Made by a program: the position numbers and the translations under genes. Below, one piece after another: positions 22,328 through 31,939 of a DNA stretch of 64,000 nucleotides (position 1 is its first letter; the number at the start of each line of letters is the position of its first letter). Below the pieces are notes generated by a model. It saw only the letters and a program-made list of their open reading frames with translations, did not search any database and had not been told where the DNA came from. The DNA is from an uncultured Candidatus Binatia bacterium (lineage in GTDB: Bacteria > Desulfobacterota > Binatia > Bin18), in NCBI GenBank assembly GCA_965207575.1, contig OZ242288.1, forward strand, positions 466,869 to 530,868, in the 5' to 3' direction.

Positions 22328-22475
22328 TGCTCGTACTCCTCTGCTCTCCAGCCTAGCGAGAGATTACAGCGGTTGATTTCTTCCAACGGAAAAAGACAAG
22401 ATTATAGGGGATATCTCACTATGAAATTTTCTAACCAGTAATAAGAAAGCGCTTACAACTCGAACGGAGGCACTA

Positions 22476-23249
22476 TCAACCCGACAGGCGTTGTCGATAG
22501 GCTGCCAAGTCTTCGACAGTCACACCGTCCGGCGGTACCAGTTGATAATGCTTCTCCGAAACCACTCTCACATCATCACTCGTGTGCTCAAACTCGAAAA
22601 GCACAATCAGGTTGTCCCGCATGGGTTGCGCTCCAACGGGCCGGCAGATCAGAGACGGGAGTCTATTGGCGCACAGCCCGATGTCTTGCTCAATCTGGAC
22701 TCTGCTGAGCGTGTCCCTCTCCCCCTTGGCTTGGACAGGTATGACATAATGAGAGCCATGCTTGTCCACGCCCACGTATATCTCATCCGTCTCTACTTGG
22801 CCCATCTGAGGTACAGTCGTCCTCAAATGATTTTGGAGCGAATAACAGGTTATCCCCAAGAAGATGTCGATCAATCGGTTGTAACGAATACGGGCCAGGA
22901 TCGCTTGCTCATCGTTGAACGCATATTTCTCGATTATTCCAGGAGTTGCGTCCGGGACCTTCGTTACTGCAAGGTTCGGGTTGGGAATGAGCGGCCTGTC
23001 GGCCACCAGGACAAACTGGTATCTACTCCGCCCTGCGGGACGAATGATCCAGGTATCGCCTGCGGGGGCCTCGGCAAGAATGCTGGACGGGAGCGCCGTT
23101 CGATATCTGAAGCTGTAGACCAAGTCGCCCAGATTCTTGGGAAGTTGGATATTCAGTTGGGATGCGAACGTGACGATATCTTCTCGCTCGAACGTAACCA
23201 CCCGTTGTCCAGGTCGATACTTAGCGTGGAAAATCGCCTCAATGATCAC
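22476..23249 (-). CDS. Putative restriction endonuclease partner of the 23292..24635 methyltransferase
   Basis: It lies 43 nt downstream of the methyltransferase on the same strand. ETDEIYVGVDKHGSHYVIPVQAKG gives a D ... Q-x-K variant of the PD-(D/E)XK motif. The call rests on position and this motif only. Confidence 0.5.
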   Translation of the reverse strand: MIIEAIFHAKYRPGQRVVTFEREDIVTFASQLNIQLPKNLGDLVYSFRYRTALPSSILAEAPAGDTWIIRPAGRSRYQFVLVADRPLIPNPNLAVTKVPDATPGIIEKYAFNDEQAILARIRYNRLIDIFLGITCYSLQNHLRTTVPQMGQVETDEIYVGVDKHGSHYVIPVQAKGERDTLSRVQIEQDIGLCANRLPSLICRPVGAQPMRDNLIVLFEFEHTSDDVRVVSEKHYQLVPPDGVTVEDLAAYRQRLSG

Positions 23250-23291
23250 GACATAACGGTTCCGGGACGGAATAGCGCACCCCCCTCTCGG

Positions 23292-24635
23292 TCAGGAACC
23301 CGGCCATTCGAGCAGAAGGACTTCTTCCCGAAGCTGCTCGCCGGTCGCCGTTGACAGTCGGGTCCGAAACAGGTCAATGCCGATGACGGTGTAGTGCAAC
23401 GATTGCGCCAGTTCGGCAAGCAGATGACCTGTCCGAATCATGACCCTCAGATATGACGCTTGGTCGCCTACCACATAGGCAAGCCGCGCCCCCGGCTTGA
23501 GGACGGACCGGAGAGAAGCAAGATGCCGTGCCATACCGCCAAAGTACAGTCGGGTCACACGTGGATAGAGTCGCTCGAAGCCGGAGGTTTTCCCCAACTC
23601 AACCCGACGTTGCTCAATGGCTTCGGCGATATTCCGTATTTCGACATTGTCCGCAACCTCAAGGTCGTCCGTATCTGACTTGTACACGCCTCTCGTATTG
23701 GACCTGACCAAGCCCTGCTTGAGTGACCGTAAGTCCTGTTTGTCGCGTATCAACCCGAGAATGACGGACTCCAAGCGCGTCGTGCGCGTATAGTCCTTCT
23801 CGTTTGGGTATGGTGGGGATGTGATGACTGCATCGACCGATTGCGGCTCCAGAATCTGGTCAATCTGTCGGGAGTCGGCCTTAATGACTTGGGCAGGAAT
23901 ATCTGCCCGGTCTCCGACGAGGTTAATGTCGCTTGCCATGGACCGGACACAGTCAAGCCAGGCACCAAAGACCGGAGCGTCATCCTTTATCTTCCCTACC
24001 CCCACCTCTGGACCGAACTTTAGGTTGCCGATACGCCGCACCAGTGCACTGGCCAGTGCGAGCCGTCCGTATTGTTGCATCTGGCGGTCGCCCTGTCGGT
24101 CAATTATATCCAGCAACAGCAAGGTCTTATGCAGGGGGAGCGGACTGATCGAGTCCTTTAATAGCAATTTTAACTGCTCAGGACGTAGTTCGGCCAGCGG
24201 TGGGTGTTCCGGTCTAGTAGCGGTAAATAGCGGGAGGTCGGTCCATTCACTTATACCCTGTTGTGCCAGAGTCTTTCTCGCTGACGTGACGACCCGTTCG
24301 GCATAGTCCAAAAGTCCGGTACGATCGACCGACCAATCGATCTTGACCGAGCTTGCGAGGTGTGCCATCGGGTTCGACTCGATTCCGACACTACGGATGC
24401 CGAGTTTCTTACACTCGACTAACGTCGTGCCGGTTCCACAGAAGGGGTCGAGAACCGTCTTGGAGGGACCAACGCCAGACCGCCCCAGGTAGTCCCGGAC
24501 CAGATGGGGCGGGAATGACAGCACAAACCGATACCAGTCGTGAACTGGCCGGTCTTCGGGCCGGAGCTTGTTCTGGTCATTCCGGGTGCTACTCGTATCG
24601 GGAAGCGTTTCGGTTGCTATTGGCATTGGGTTCAA
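23292..24635 (-). CDS. DNA methyltransferase (motif I, ~200-aa insert, then motif IV)
   Basis: Contains VLDPFCGTGTTLVECKKLG (F-x-G-x-G) and DAVITSPPYPNEKDY (S-P-P-Y). Confidence 0.85.
   Translation of the reverse strand: MNPMPIATETLPDTSSTRNDQNKLRPEDRPVHDWYRFVLSFPPHLVRDYLGRSGVGPSKTVLDPFCGTGTTLVECKKLGIRSVGIESNPMAHLASSVKIDWSVDRTGLLDYAERVVTSARKTLAQQGISEWTDLPLFTATRPEHPPLAELRPEQLKLLLKDSISPLPLHKTLLLLDIIDRQGDRQMQQYGRLALASALVRRIGNLKFGPEVGVGKIKDDAPVFGAWLDCVRSMASDINLVGDRADIPAQVIKADSRQIDQILEPQSVDAVITSPPYPNEKDYTRTTRLESVILGLIRDKQDLRSLKQGLVRSNTRGVYKSDTDDLEVADNVEIRNIAEAIEQRRVELGKTSGFERLYPRVTRLYFGGMARHLASLRSVLKPGARLAYVVGDQASYLRVMIRTGHLLAELAQSLHYTVIGIDLFRTRLSTATGEQLREEVLLLEWPGS
23299..23340. repeat. Methyltransferase 3'-end segment duplicated at 18797-18838
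   Basis: 42 bp with 1 mismatch, in direct orientation. Confidence 0.85.
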
Positions 24636-24988
24636 CAGGATTTTGAAAGACGATCAAGGAACCTAATTGGTCGCTGATTTTTCTCTTGCGACTAGGCGAG
24701 GAGAGGGGAGGCCCCACCCCGACCCGGCTGGTGAGCGCTGGGTCATGGGAATACGCATCACACGTCCTCAGAGGGAATGATATCTTCAACCAAGTCCCCG
24801 TTTTTCAATTATTCGCTGAAAATTGCCTGGTCTTCTGCCGATGCCGACACAAGCGCACAACAGTACAACCGATATTGGAGGGGATAGGACTGCCAGGAGT
24901 CGTCGTTGTAGTAGGTGCCTACCCCTTTGACATAGGTGCCCGCAGGACAGGTTTGAGACTCGTTGTTTCAGGCCAGAAGCAATGGCTG

Positions 24989-25183
24989 TCATTCGCAGCC
25001 ATTGCTTTCCCCCTGCTCGATAGCGGAGCGCGCCTGTTCGAGGGCTGTGAGGCGCGCCTCTAATTGCATATACGCATAGGGGACAAGACTACTGAGCACG
25101 AGCAGAAGGAGGAGGGTAGCCCAGCTCTCCCATCGTCCGCGTTGCCGTTTTTCCTGCCCTCCTGTCAAATAGAAGTCCTCCAT
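24989..25183 (-). CDS. Small hypothetical membrane protein, start overlapping the coxS-like stop
   Basis: The ATG at 25183-25181 overlaps the TGA of the upstream gene. It has one hydrophobic helix (WATLLLLLVLSSLVPYAY). The support is weak. Confidence 0.25.
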   Translation of the reverse strand: MEDFYLTGGQEKRQRGRWESWATLLLLLVLSSLVPYAYMQLEARLTALEQARSAIEQGESNGCE

Positions 25184-25725
25184 CACTCTCCCTCTCTCCG
25201 GGCCCTGAGCGTCTCCGCCGCGACCTGAACTGCCTCAACAATCCCCTGATATCCCGTACAGCGACACAGCACCGCGGATAAGCCTGCGCGGATTTCTTCC
25301 TCACTCGGCGCCGCGTTTGTCCGGAGCAAATCATACGCGGTCATGAGCATCCCCGGCGTACAGAATCCGCACTGGAGGCCATGGTGTTCCCAAAAGGCTG
25401 CTTGCAGGGGATGGAGTTGGCCAGTCTTTCCTGGGAGCGCGGGCGGCTCGCCCGCTTGAGGGGCTAATCCCTCAACGGTCATCAACTCCGCTCCATCGGC
25501 CTGCACGGCCAGCATCAAGCATGAGCGGGCGGCTTCACCATTGATGAGAATCGTGCACACCCCACAGATGCCGTGTTCACAGCCGACGTGCGAGCCGGTC
25601 AGGTCCAGGTCTTCACGCAGAAAATCGACCAGCAGTTTGCGCGGCTCCACCTGTCCTCGGTGCTCCGTACCGTTGACGCGGAGCGTGATCGCTCTCGTCC
25701 GGCTGTGTTCGTTCGGCTCGCTCAT
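25183..25725 (-). CDS. [2Fe-2S]-binding small subunit of a molybdopterin hydroxylase (CoxS-like)
   Basis: Contains GCEHGICGVCTILINGEAARSC and CGFCTPGMLM ... CRCTGY, the two cysteine clusters. Confidence 0.9.
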   Translation of the reverse strand: MSEPNEHSRTRAITLRVNGTEHRGQVEPRKLLVDFLREDLDLTGSHVGCEHGICGVCTILINGEAARSCLMLAVQADGAELMTVEGLAPQAGEPPALPGKTGQLHPLQAAFWEHHGLQCGFCTPGMLMTAYDLLRTNAAPSEEEIRAGLSAVLCRCTGYQGIVEAVQVAAETLRARREGE

Positions 25726-26597
25726 GCCCGGCGCTCCTGGCCGCGCTCAAGTGCCCGCTGAATCGCCCGACGGGTCAGCACCTGGGTTAGATGACGCCGG
25801 AAATCGGCGGAGGCGTGGATATCGCTATCGGGTTCAACGAGTTCGGCTGCCTGGGCTGCCGCATGCTGAATGCTCTGTTCGGTCACACCCTGCTGCACCA
25901 GAATATCCTCTGCCGCACGTAGGCGGATCGGGGTTGGTCCGACTCCAGCGGCAACCAGACGTGCGGTCCGACACTGCTCGCCCTCCGTATCAATCACGCC
26001 GGCAACGCCCACCAGGGCAAAATCTCCGTGCCGCCGGGCCACCTCTTCGAACGCCCAACCGCTGGTCGGCGGGGCAGGTGAAAAGCGGATTTCGGTGACG
26101 ACTTCACTCGGAGCGAGAACGGTTGTCAGATAGCTCACAAAAAATCCTTCAGCAGAGATGCTTCGCTGTCCGCTCGGTCCCTGAAGGACCAGTTCGGCGT
26201 CTAAAACCAAGGCAACAGTGGGATACTCTGCCGCGGGGTCGGCATGAGCCAGGCTGCCGCCGATGGTGCCGCGGGTGCGGATGGGTAGATGACCGACTAA
26301 TGTGGTTGCCTCATACAGAAGCGGCAACTGGCGGCGCACCAGCTCCGAAAACTCAATCGTTCTCTGGCGGGTTAATGCGCCAATGCGGACCTGTCCGTTC
26401 TCTTGCCGGAGATACGATAAATTTGCCACGCGGTTGATATCGATCAGGGCGGACGGATAGCTCAGCCGGAAATTCAGCAAAGGCATCAGACTCTGCCCGC
26501 CGGCCAAGACTTTGGCGTCGTCTCCATAGCGCTCCAGGAGGGCGAGCGCTTCGTCAAGCTGCGTCGGTGCGTGATAGGCAAACGGCGGTGGCTTCAT
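25722..26597 (-). CDS. FAD-binding medium subunit of a molybdopterin hydroxylase (CoxM-like)
   Basis: Contains KVLAGGQSLMPLLNFRL and TRGTIGGSLAHADPAAE. It overlaps the CoxS-like start by 4 nt. Confidence 0.9.
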   Translation of the reverse strand: MKPPPFAYHAPTQLDEALALLERYGDDAKVLAGGQSLMPLLNFRLSYPSALIDINRVANLSYLRQENGQVRIGALTRQRTIEFSELVRRQLPLLYEATTLVGHLPIRTRGTIGGSLAHADPAAEYPTVALVLDAELVLQGPSGQRSISAEGFFVSYLTTVLAPSEVVTEIRFSPAPPTSGWAFEEVARRHGDFALVGVAGVIDTEGEQCRTARLVAAGVGPTPIRLRAAEDILVQQGVTEQSIQHAAAQAAELVEPDSDIHASADFRRHLTQVLTRRAIQRALERGQERRA

Positions 26598-26667
26598 TCT
26601 GCTCTGGCTTGTATCCGGTTCGGTTCAGGTGGTAAAGGGTGCAACGTTACACGCAGAAAGGAGTCTT

Positions 26668-27081
26668 ATGACAATGACAAACCAACACGAGGCAATCAAA
26701 CAATTCTATGCAAACTACCTGGATACGTTTCACTCGGGTGAGGCCAAGGCGATGGTACCGTTCTACCGCGCGCCCTGTCTTTTTATCGCGGACCAGGGCG
26801 TAACCCTGCTTTCAAGCGAAGCGGAGATTGAAAAGCTCTTCGCGCAGATTATCCAGGACCTCAACGGCCGGAATTACGGGCGCAGCGAAGTCACAAATAT
26901 TCAGATCAAGGAGATGACGGATCGTATCGCGCTCCTCAGTGGCCTCGCCGTCCGCTACACCAAAACCGGGGAAGAGTTGGAACGATTGGGAGCAACCTAC
27001 ACCCTGCGCAAAACCGACGACCGCTGGCAGATTGTCTCGGTCGTAGCCCACAGCCCGGAGACCGTGGTGCGGTCTGGGTGA
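26668..27081 (+). CDS. NTF2/SnoaL-like (DUF4440-type) protein
   Basis: AAAGGAG precedes the ATG at 26668. The length, the EAIKQFYANYLDTFHSGEAKAM pattern and the C-terminal DDRWQIVSVVAH are typical of the fold. Confidence 0.6.
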   Translation: MTMTNQHEAIKQFYANYLDTFHSGEAKAMVPFYRAPCLFIADQGVTLLSSEAEIEKLFAQIIQDLNGRNYGRSEVTNIQIKEMTDRIALLSGLAVRYTKTGEELERLGATYTLRKTDDRWQIVSVVAHSPETVVRSG

Positions 27082-27181
27082 GGGGGACGTCAATCCATTT
27101 AATCCCACTCCGGCCTTTCGGTTTGCTCATCTCTAGGGTGTGTAATAGACTGAAAGTTCATACGTAGGAGGTAGAGCCTAT

Positions 27182-27397
27182 ATGAATCGAGCCGTTCCGC
27201 TGACCCGTAAGAATGTCATGCTGGAAGAGGATCAGGTGCAGCGCCTCGTTAAACAGCTCAAAGCAAAAAGCGAATCTGAGGCGATCCGGATCGCTATCGC
27301 TGACCGCCTCTTTGCCGATGAGGTCATGCAACACGTCCAGCAACTCCGTCACCGAGGAACACTCCGGGATGCCTATAAGCGTACGAAGAAGGGGTAG
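27182..27397 (+). CDS. vapB: VapB-type antitoxin
   Basis: 71 aa, with RBS AGGAGG. It lies 5 nt upstream of a PIN toxin gene. Confidence 0.6.
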   Translation: MNRAVPLTRKNVMLEEDQVQRLVKQLKAKSESEAIRIAIADRLFADEVMQHVQQLRHRGTLRDAYKRTKKG

Positions 27398-27402
27398 AGA
27401 TC

Positions 27403-27849
27403 GTGGCGCAGAGCCGTGCTCTCCTCTTCGACTCTTCCGTGTTAATTCCCATCATTCGTGGGGAAACGGACGAAGCGCTCTTCCAACGGGCGCTTCGCAC
27501 CGGCAGAGCACGCTTGAGCTCGGTAGTCATGCAAGAACTCTATGCGGGGGCACGGACACGAGCCGATAAGAAGAATTACGATGGCATCAGCCAGGCGTTC
27601 GTAAGACGAGGATATATGGTGACTCCAAACCATGACGACTGGATATTGAGCGGGGTGCTTCTTGCTCGCTATCAGCAACGGTATGGAGAAGTGGAACCTC
27701 GGGATCATATCAATGATATTTTAATTGCCCTGTGTGCGGTGCGCACGAACGCTGCATTGGTGACCGAGAATGTCACGGACATGGAGAGATGGAGGAGGAT
27801 GCTCGGGCGCTCGGGCAAACCTTTTAGAATCCAGGCCGTCACGAGGTGA
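27403..27849 (+). CDS. vapC: PIN-domain toxin (VapC)
   Basis: Contains LLFDSSVLIPIIRGE ... MQELYAGA ... INDILIALCAV ... ALVTENV, a spacing of acidic residues typical of PIN domains. Confidence 0.8.
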   Translation: MAQSRALLFDSSVLIPIIRGETDEALFQRALRTGRARLSSVVMQELYAGARTRADKKNYDGISQAFVRRGYMVTPNHDDWILSGVLLARYQQRYGEVEPRDHINDILIALCAVRTNAALVTENVTDMERWRRMLGRSGKPFRIQAVTR

Positions 27850-27866
27850 GATGAGACCAGCGCAGA

Positions 27867-28628
27867 CTACTGGGCCAGCCAACCACCATCCGCCGACATG
27901 GTGTGGCCGGTCACAAAGGAGGCCGCGTCTGAGCTGAGCCAGACGACGGCTTCTGCGATTTCTCCCGGCTGACCCATCCGGCCGACCGGCTCCATTTCCG
28001 CGATCTTGTCGGCCATCTCGGGCTGACCCTCGGTCAGCCGACTGACCATGGGCGTCTCAATCGCGCCCGGACAGACGCAGTTCACGCGGATACCGCTCTG
28101 CGCGTATTCCAACGCCGCTGAGCGCGTAATCCCGACCACGCCATGCTTGCTGGCGATATAGGCCGGCAGACGGTAGCCACCCACTAAGCCATAGGCCGAG
28201 GAGGTGTTCACAATGGAACCGCCACCCTGTTTGAGCATCTGAAGAATCTCATATTTCATGCACAGCCAGACGCCCTTGAGGTTAATGGCCATGGTGCGAT
28301 CCCAGCCCTCTTCGCTGGTTTCGGCGGTCAACACGTTTTCTCCTTCGATCCCCGCGTTGTTATAGGCGCAGTCGAGGCGTCCGTACGTTTCGACGATCTG
28401 GGTGATGAGCCCCTCAACCTCAGCGGCCTGGGAGACATCGACTTGAAGAAAGCGGGCCTCTCCTCCCGCCGCCTTAACGAGTTGGACCGTCTCCTCACCC
28501 CCGTCAACAATAATATCGCTGACCACCACGGTTGCACCTTCTCGCGCAAAGGCGAGGGCCGAGGCGCGTCCGATCCCTGAACCGGCTCCGGTAATCAACG
28601 CAATTTTTCCCGCTAATACGCCTGCCAT
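27867..28628 (-). CDS. SDR-family oxidoreductase
   Basis: Contains ITGAGSGIGRA, NNAG and YIASKHGVVG. The ATG at 28628 is preceded by AAGGAGAG; the track ORF extends to 28709. Confidence 0.9.
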   Translation of the reverse strand: MAGVLAGKIALITGAGSGIGRASALAFAREGATVVVSDIIVDGGEETVQLVKAAGGEARFLQVDVSQAAEVEGLITQIVETYGRLDCAYNNAGIEGENVLTAETSEEGWDRTMAINLKGVWLCMKYEILQMLKQGGGSIVNTSSAYGLVGGYRLPAYIASKHGVVGITRSAALEYAQSGIRVNCVCPGAIETPMVSRLTEGQPEMADKIAEMEPVGRMGQPGEIAEAVVWLSSDAASFVTGHTMSADGGWLAQ

Positions 28629-28686
28629 CGTGCTCTCCTTTTTGCCTTTATTTTTGGGAATTATATACCTCAGTAACCATCTCAGT

Positions 28687-28941
28687 TCATGGCTTGCGGG
28701 TCTTCGCAAACGCCTTTCGTAATTTCTTTTCTTCTATCTGGGCTTCACGACACGCTCCATGTAAACGCCATTCGAGTTTTTCTACGACTGCTTCCGTCAC
28801 CCTCCCCTTCCCATGTACCGCCACGAGGTCTTTGGTGTCAGAGACAAAATCGCCCCGTGGCGTATCCGTCACGCGTCGTGTGAGCACCCAGTTCCAAAAG
28901 TCTATCTCGTAACGCATCTCGCCCTGAGACCGTTCTTCCAT
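28687..28941 (-). CDS. Hypothetical small protein (faint YozE/SAM-like resemblance)
   Basis: AAGGAGA lies before the ATG at 28941. DFWNWVLTRRVTDTPRGDFVSDTKD resembles YozE-type proteins, a weak match. Confidence 0.3.
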   Translation of the reverse strand: MEERSQGEMRYEIDFWNWVLTRRVTDTPRGDFVSDTKDLVAVHGKGRVTEAVVEKLEWRLHGACREAQIEEKKLRKAFAKTRKP

Positions 28942-28955
28942 GGCCGTCTCCTTTC

Positions 28956-29153
28956 CTACTCTTGGCAGTGCACCAGAATCTCCCATCGTCCTTTAGCCAC
29001 CTGGCGGACGATGGGATAGCTGCGTTCATCGAGACGGGCCAATTCGGCCTGTGCCTCTGCTGTGGTAAAGGTCTGGTTTTGCCACAAGATGGGCTGATCG
29101 AGATCGAAGGTACGCTCTCCCACGCGGGTAGGGACCGTGATAAGGTTGGCCAT
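28956..29153 (-). CDS. Hypothetical small protein
   Basis: AGGAG lies before the ATG at 29153 (MANLITVPTRVG...). I recognised no family. Confidence 0.3.
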   Translation of the reverse strand: MANLITVPTRVGERTFDLDQPILWQNQTFTTAEAQAELARLDERSYPIVRQVAKGRWEILVHCQE

Positions 29154-29363
29154 ATAGGTCTCCTGCAATCTGCGCGAAGTCCTGCGGGAACAGGCTCCGC
29201 GCGCTAAGGGTTGTTGGAATTGGATGCACCCCAGCCCCAGGGTGGTGGCCCTCGGCTGGAAGTGAAGCGGTGAAAAAAGTGTCCGCGCATACTTGACCCC
29301 TCATGCGCGGAGTGCTAGGGCAGGAGGTGTCAGCTTTCCGCCCGTGCATTCCGCGCGACAATG

Positions 29364-29390
29364 ACCCAGCTTCGGCTGGGTTTTTTGTTG
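29364..29390 (+). terminator. Rho-independent terminator-like hairpin with a T-run
   Basis: ACCCAGC-TTCG-GCTGGGT followed by TTTTTGTT. It lies just upstream of the IS1595 transposase gene. Confidence 0.6.
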
Positions 29391-29391
29391 C

Positions 29392-30470
29392 CTCATACTA
29401 GTCACCCTTCCTGCCTCCCGTCAACATACTTCTTGACAATCTCCGCCCGAATGGTTACTATATTTCTGAAAAGAGGGGATACTATGGCACACACCGGACC
29501 AGGGAAACACACCCGTAAGGGACTCACGCTGCTCGACATCACGCGCATGTTTCCCGACGACGCGACGGCCGCGGCCTGGATTGCCAAGATTCGGTGGCCG
29601 AATGGGGTGCAGTGTCCGCACTGCAAGAGTGACCATATCCAGGAGAAGACCACCCATCCCACCATGCCCTACCGCTGCCGGAGCTGTCGGAAGTTCTTTT
29701 CCGTCCGGACCGGGACGGCGATGCAGCACTCGAAGCTCGGCCCCCAGGTGTGGGTACTGGCCACCTATCTGCTGTCCACGGGCATCAAGGGCACTGCGAG
29801 CATGAAGCTGCACCGCGATCTCGGCATTACGCAGAAGTCGGCGTGGCACTTAGCCCACCGCATTCGGGAGTCATGGAAGCAATACGGCAGTCCCTTTGGC
29901 GGTCCCGTCGAAGTCGATGAGACGTATATGGGTGGCAAGGAGAAGAACAAACACAGTAAGAAGAAGCTCCGCGCGGGCCGGGGGACGGCTGGGAAGACGG
30001 CGGTGGTGGGCATGAAGGATCGGGAAACCAACAGCGTGAAGGCCGCCGTCATCAGCAACACGGATCGCGCCACGCTCCAAGGCTTTGTGACCGACCGCGC
30101 AGCCCCAGGGGCGACGATCTACACGGATGAGCACGCCAGCTATGTGGGGCTACCGAATCACGAATCCGTCACACACGCGGCGAAAGAGTATGTCCACGGC
30201 CAGGCGCATACCAACGGCATTGAAAGCTTCTGGGCGCTGCTCAAGCGCGGCTACGTGGGCACGTACCACCAGATGAGTGTGAAGCACTTAAACCGCTATG
30301 TGAACGAGTTTGCGGGCCGGCATAATGTCCGGCCCCTCAACACCATCACCCAGATGGAACTGCTCACACGCGGGTTGATTGGGAAGCATCTCCCCTACCG
30401 CGACTTAATCCGTTGACGATTCAGAGCCCAACTGGCACAACGGAAGAAAGGCCCCACAAGGGGGCCAATC
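29392..30470 (+). mobile_element. IS1595-family insertion sequence (ends not resolved)
   Basis: It contains the transposase gene below. I could not find convincing terminal inverted repeats or a target duplication by eye, so the boundaries are approximate. Confidence 0.35.
29484..30416 (+). CDS. IS1595-family transposase (N-terminal zinc ribbon plus ISXO2-like DDE domain)
   Basis: Contains IRWPNGVQCPHCKS ... YRCRSCRKFFSVRTGT and VEVDETYMGGKEKNKH ... IYTDEHASY ... HTNGIESFWALLKRG. The ATG at 29484 follows AGAGGGGA. Confidence 0.9.
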   Translation: MAHTGPGKHTRKGLTLLDITRMFPDDATAAAWIAKIRWPNGVQCPHCKSDHIQEKTTHPTMPYRCRSCRKFFSVRTGTAMQHSKLGPQVWVLATYLLSTGIKGTASMKLHRDLGITQKSAWHLAHRIRESWKQYGSPFGGPVEVDETYMGGKEKNKHSKKKLRAGRGTAGKTAVVGMKDRETNSVKAAVISNTDRATLQGFVTDRAAPGATIYTDEHASYVGLPNHESVTHAAKEYVHGQAHTNGIESFWALLKRGYVGTYHQMSVKHLNRYVNEFAGRHNVRPLNTITQMELLTRGLIGKHLPYRDLIR

Positions 30471-30763
30471 TCATAAGGGTGCCGCGCGATGCTGTAACAC
30501 CGTGCGGAGGAAGGAACGCGCTCTATGCGCCAGAATACTCGTCGGTCTGCACGTCGTCAACCGCCGCGCTTTGTGAACCTGCCAGACTGGGGCCTCCGGC
30601 TCGATACCCACCGGAATCATCTCTTGACCGTCACTGAGTTACAGGAAATCGGCGACTGGTTCGGAGAAGTGAGCCGTTTTCAGGTGTTTGGGGGCGCACT
30701 TGAGCCCCCTCCCCCGGCAGTGCTGAAACTCGCGGTCTGAACCTGGGCCAGTAAGCCTCCTGG

Positions 30764-31051
30764 TCACGGCCCGAAGATCTCGCCAATCACATCTCTTTCC
30801 CCGTGCCGGAGGCGGCGTGATTGGCGGTGGGCAGACGCAGGTCGCGTCGTGTGGGCATTGAATGCCTCTTCGAGATACTCAAACTCCTCCCACACCTCTA
30901 TGAGTTCTTCCTGCAATCCGTCAATCGTCTTCTCACAGCGTCCTACGTCTTGACGAACTGCGTCTATCTCCTGCTTGTCAGTCGGCCCGTGAGCGAAGAG
31001 GAGGACACCCACGACCCCACACCAAAACAGGTGAGTGAGGGTTGCCTGCAT
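30764..31051 (-). CDS. Hypothetical membrane-anchored coiled-coil protein
   Basis: Starts at M27 of the track ORF (MQATLTHLFWCGVVGVLLFA). I recognised no family. Confidence 0.35.
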   Translation of the reverse strand: MQATLTHLFWCGVVGVLLFAHGPTDKQEIDAVRQDVGRCEKTIDGLQEELIEVWEEFEYLEEAFNAHTTRPASAHRQSRRLRHGERDVIGEIFGP

Positions 31052-31062
31052 CGCGGCCCCCG

Positions 31063-31452
31063 CTAGTCGCACTCTGGTCGCCAGACGCCGAGCCCCGCGC
31101 AGCGCTGGCGCTGGAGCGATTCGCCCCACGCTTTGAAGTCCTCGCGGGCACGGTCATGAGACCGGTCCCACTTGTCCAATTCTCGCTGGAGCAACTCTTC
31201 AGAGGACGGGCCGGGGTCGCGAGCATAGGGCTGGGAGGGGTAATAGGGGTCTTCAGCCGCAGGCGGCGTATAGGCAGGCGGCGTATATACTGGCCCAAGG
31301 GGCTGCCAGTGCTCCAACGCCCGCATCTCGTCCCTGAAGCGACGGCCCCCATCATCACCCTGCCCTCCATCAAACGTGAAAAACTGCGCCCCCGCCGGGG
31401 CAGCCATGCTGAGGGCACACACCAGCACCACACTGAGAAGACGATATTGCAT
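31063..31452 (-). CDS. Small secreted Pro/Tyr-rich hypothetical protein
   Basis: The signal peptide reads MQYRLLSVVLVCALSMAAPAGA. Confidence 0.45.
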   Translation of the reverse strand: MQYRLLSVVLVCALSMAAPAGAQFFTFDGGQGDDGGRRFRDEMRALEHWQPLGPVYTPPAYTPPAAEDPYYPSQPYARDPGPSSEELLQRELDKWDRSHDRAREDFKAWGESLQRQRCAGLGVWRPECD

Positions 31453-31860
31453 AGGCGGAGACCTTGGCCCTTCCCCGCCTGACAGGAAAAATGGAAAGCC
31501 ACACCGACACCACTTGACCTATCAGGCGGTGTTGGGTCCCGCCTCGGAATGACACTCCGGGGCGGGACACGTTCACACAGCACCCCGGTCTGCGACCGAG
31601 GCCGTATCGTCAATGTCATCAGTGCGAGGATCAAACAAATAGAGGGGGACAGAAGCGGCAAGTGCTACAGGCAAGAGGGAAGCCGCTGCCCGGCTGATCC
31701 AGGTTGCCGGGCTGTTGTCAACGTCACTCTATGCTGGTGAAGTCTTGCTTATTCGCCGGAATGCGGCTCTCATATTCAGCAAGCAACCCGACGTAGCGGG
31801 TGCATAGAGAACGTTGACGGTGCGGATCGTAAAAAAGTTTGCGCCAAGAGTCAAGGGATA

Positions 31861-31876
31861 TTTATCTGTAGATAAA
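31861..31876. promoter_or_regulatory. Palindromic operator-like site 1 (TTTATCT-GT-AGATAAA)
   Basis: Perfect 7-bp arms. A sister site lies 41 bp downstream. Confidence 0.5.
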
Positions 31877-31901
31877 CGTTCCTGTTTCCCGTATAACGGG
31901 T

Positions 31902-31917
31902 TTTAGCTGTAGCTAAA
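31902..31917. promoter_or_regulatory. Palindromic operator-like site 2 (TTTAGCT-GT-AGCTAAA)
   Basis: Perfect 7-bp arms with the same architecture as site 1. It ends 22 nt before the ATG at 31940. Confidence 0.5.
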
Positions 31918-31939
31918 CGGAAGGGACGGAGCGGACAAC

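Noticed and set aside
22491-23354. 287-aa plus-strand ORF
   Set aside because: It is antisense to the putative restriction gene and the methylase 3' end. The minus-strand genes form a coherent M-R operon.
24809-24967. 52-codon open frame on the minus strand reading NNESQTCPAGTYVKGVGTYYNDDSWQSYPLQYRLYCCAL...
   Set aside because: It is protein-like but has no start codon and is bounded by stops. It is at best a gene remnant, and I could not assign a family with any confidence.
31861-31917. Repeated palindromes as a possible mini CRISPR array
   Set aside because: There are only two units of 16 bp, the spacer is 25 bp, and there are no cas genes. An operator pair is the better reading. No CRISPR-like array was seen anywhere in the window.
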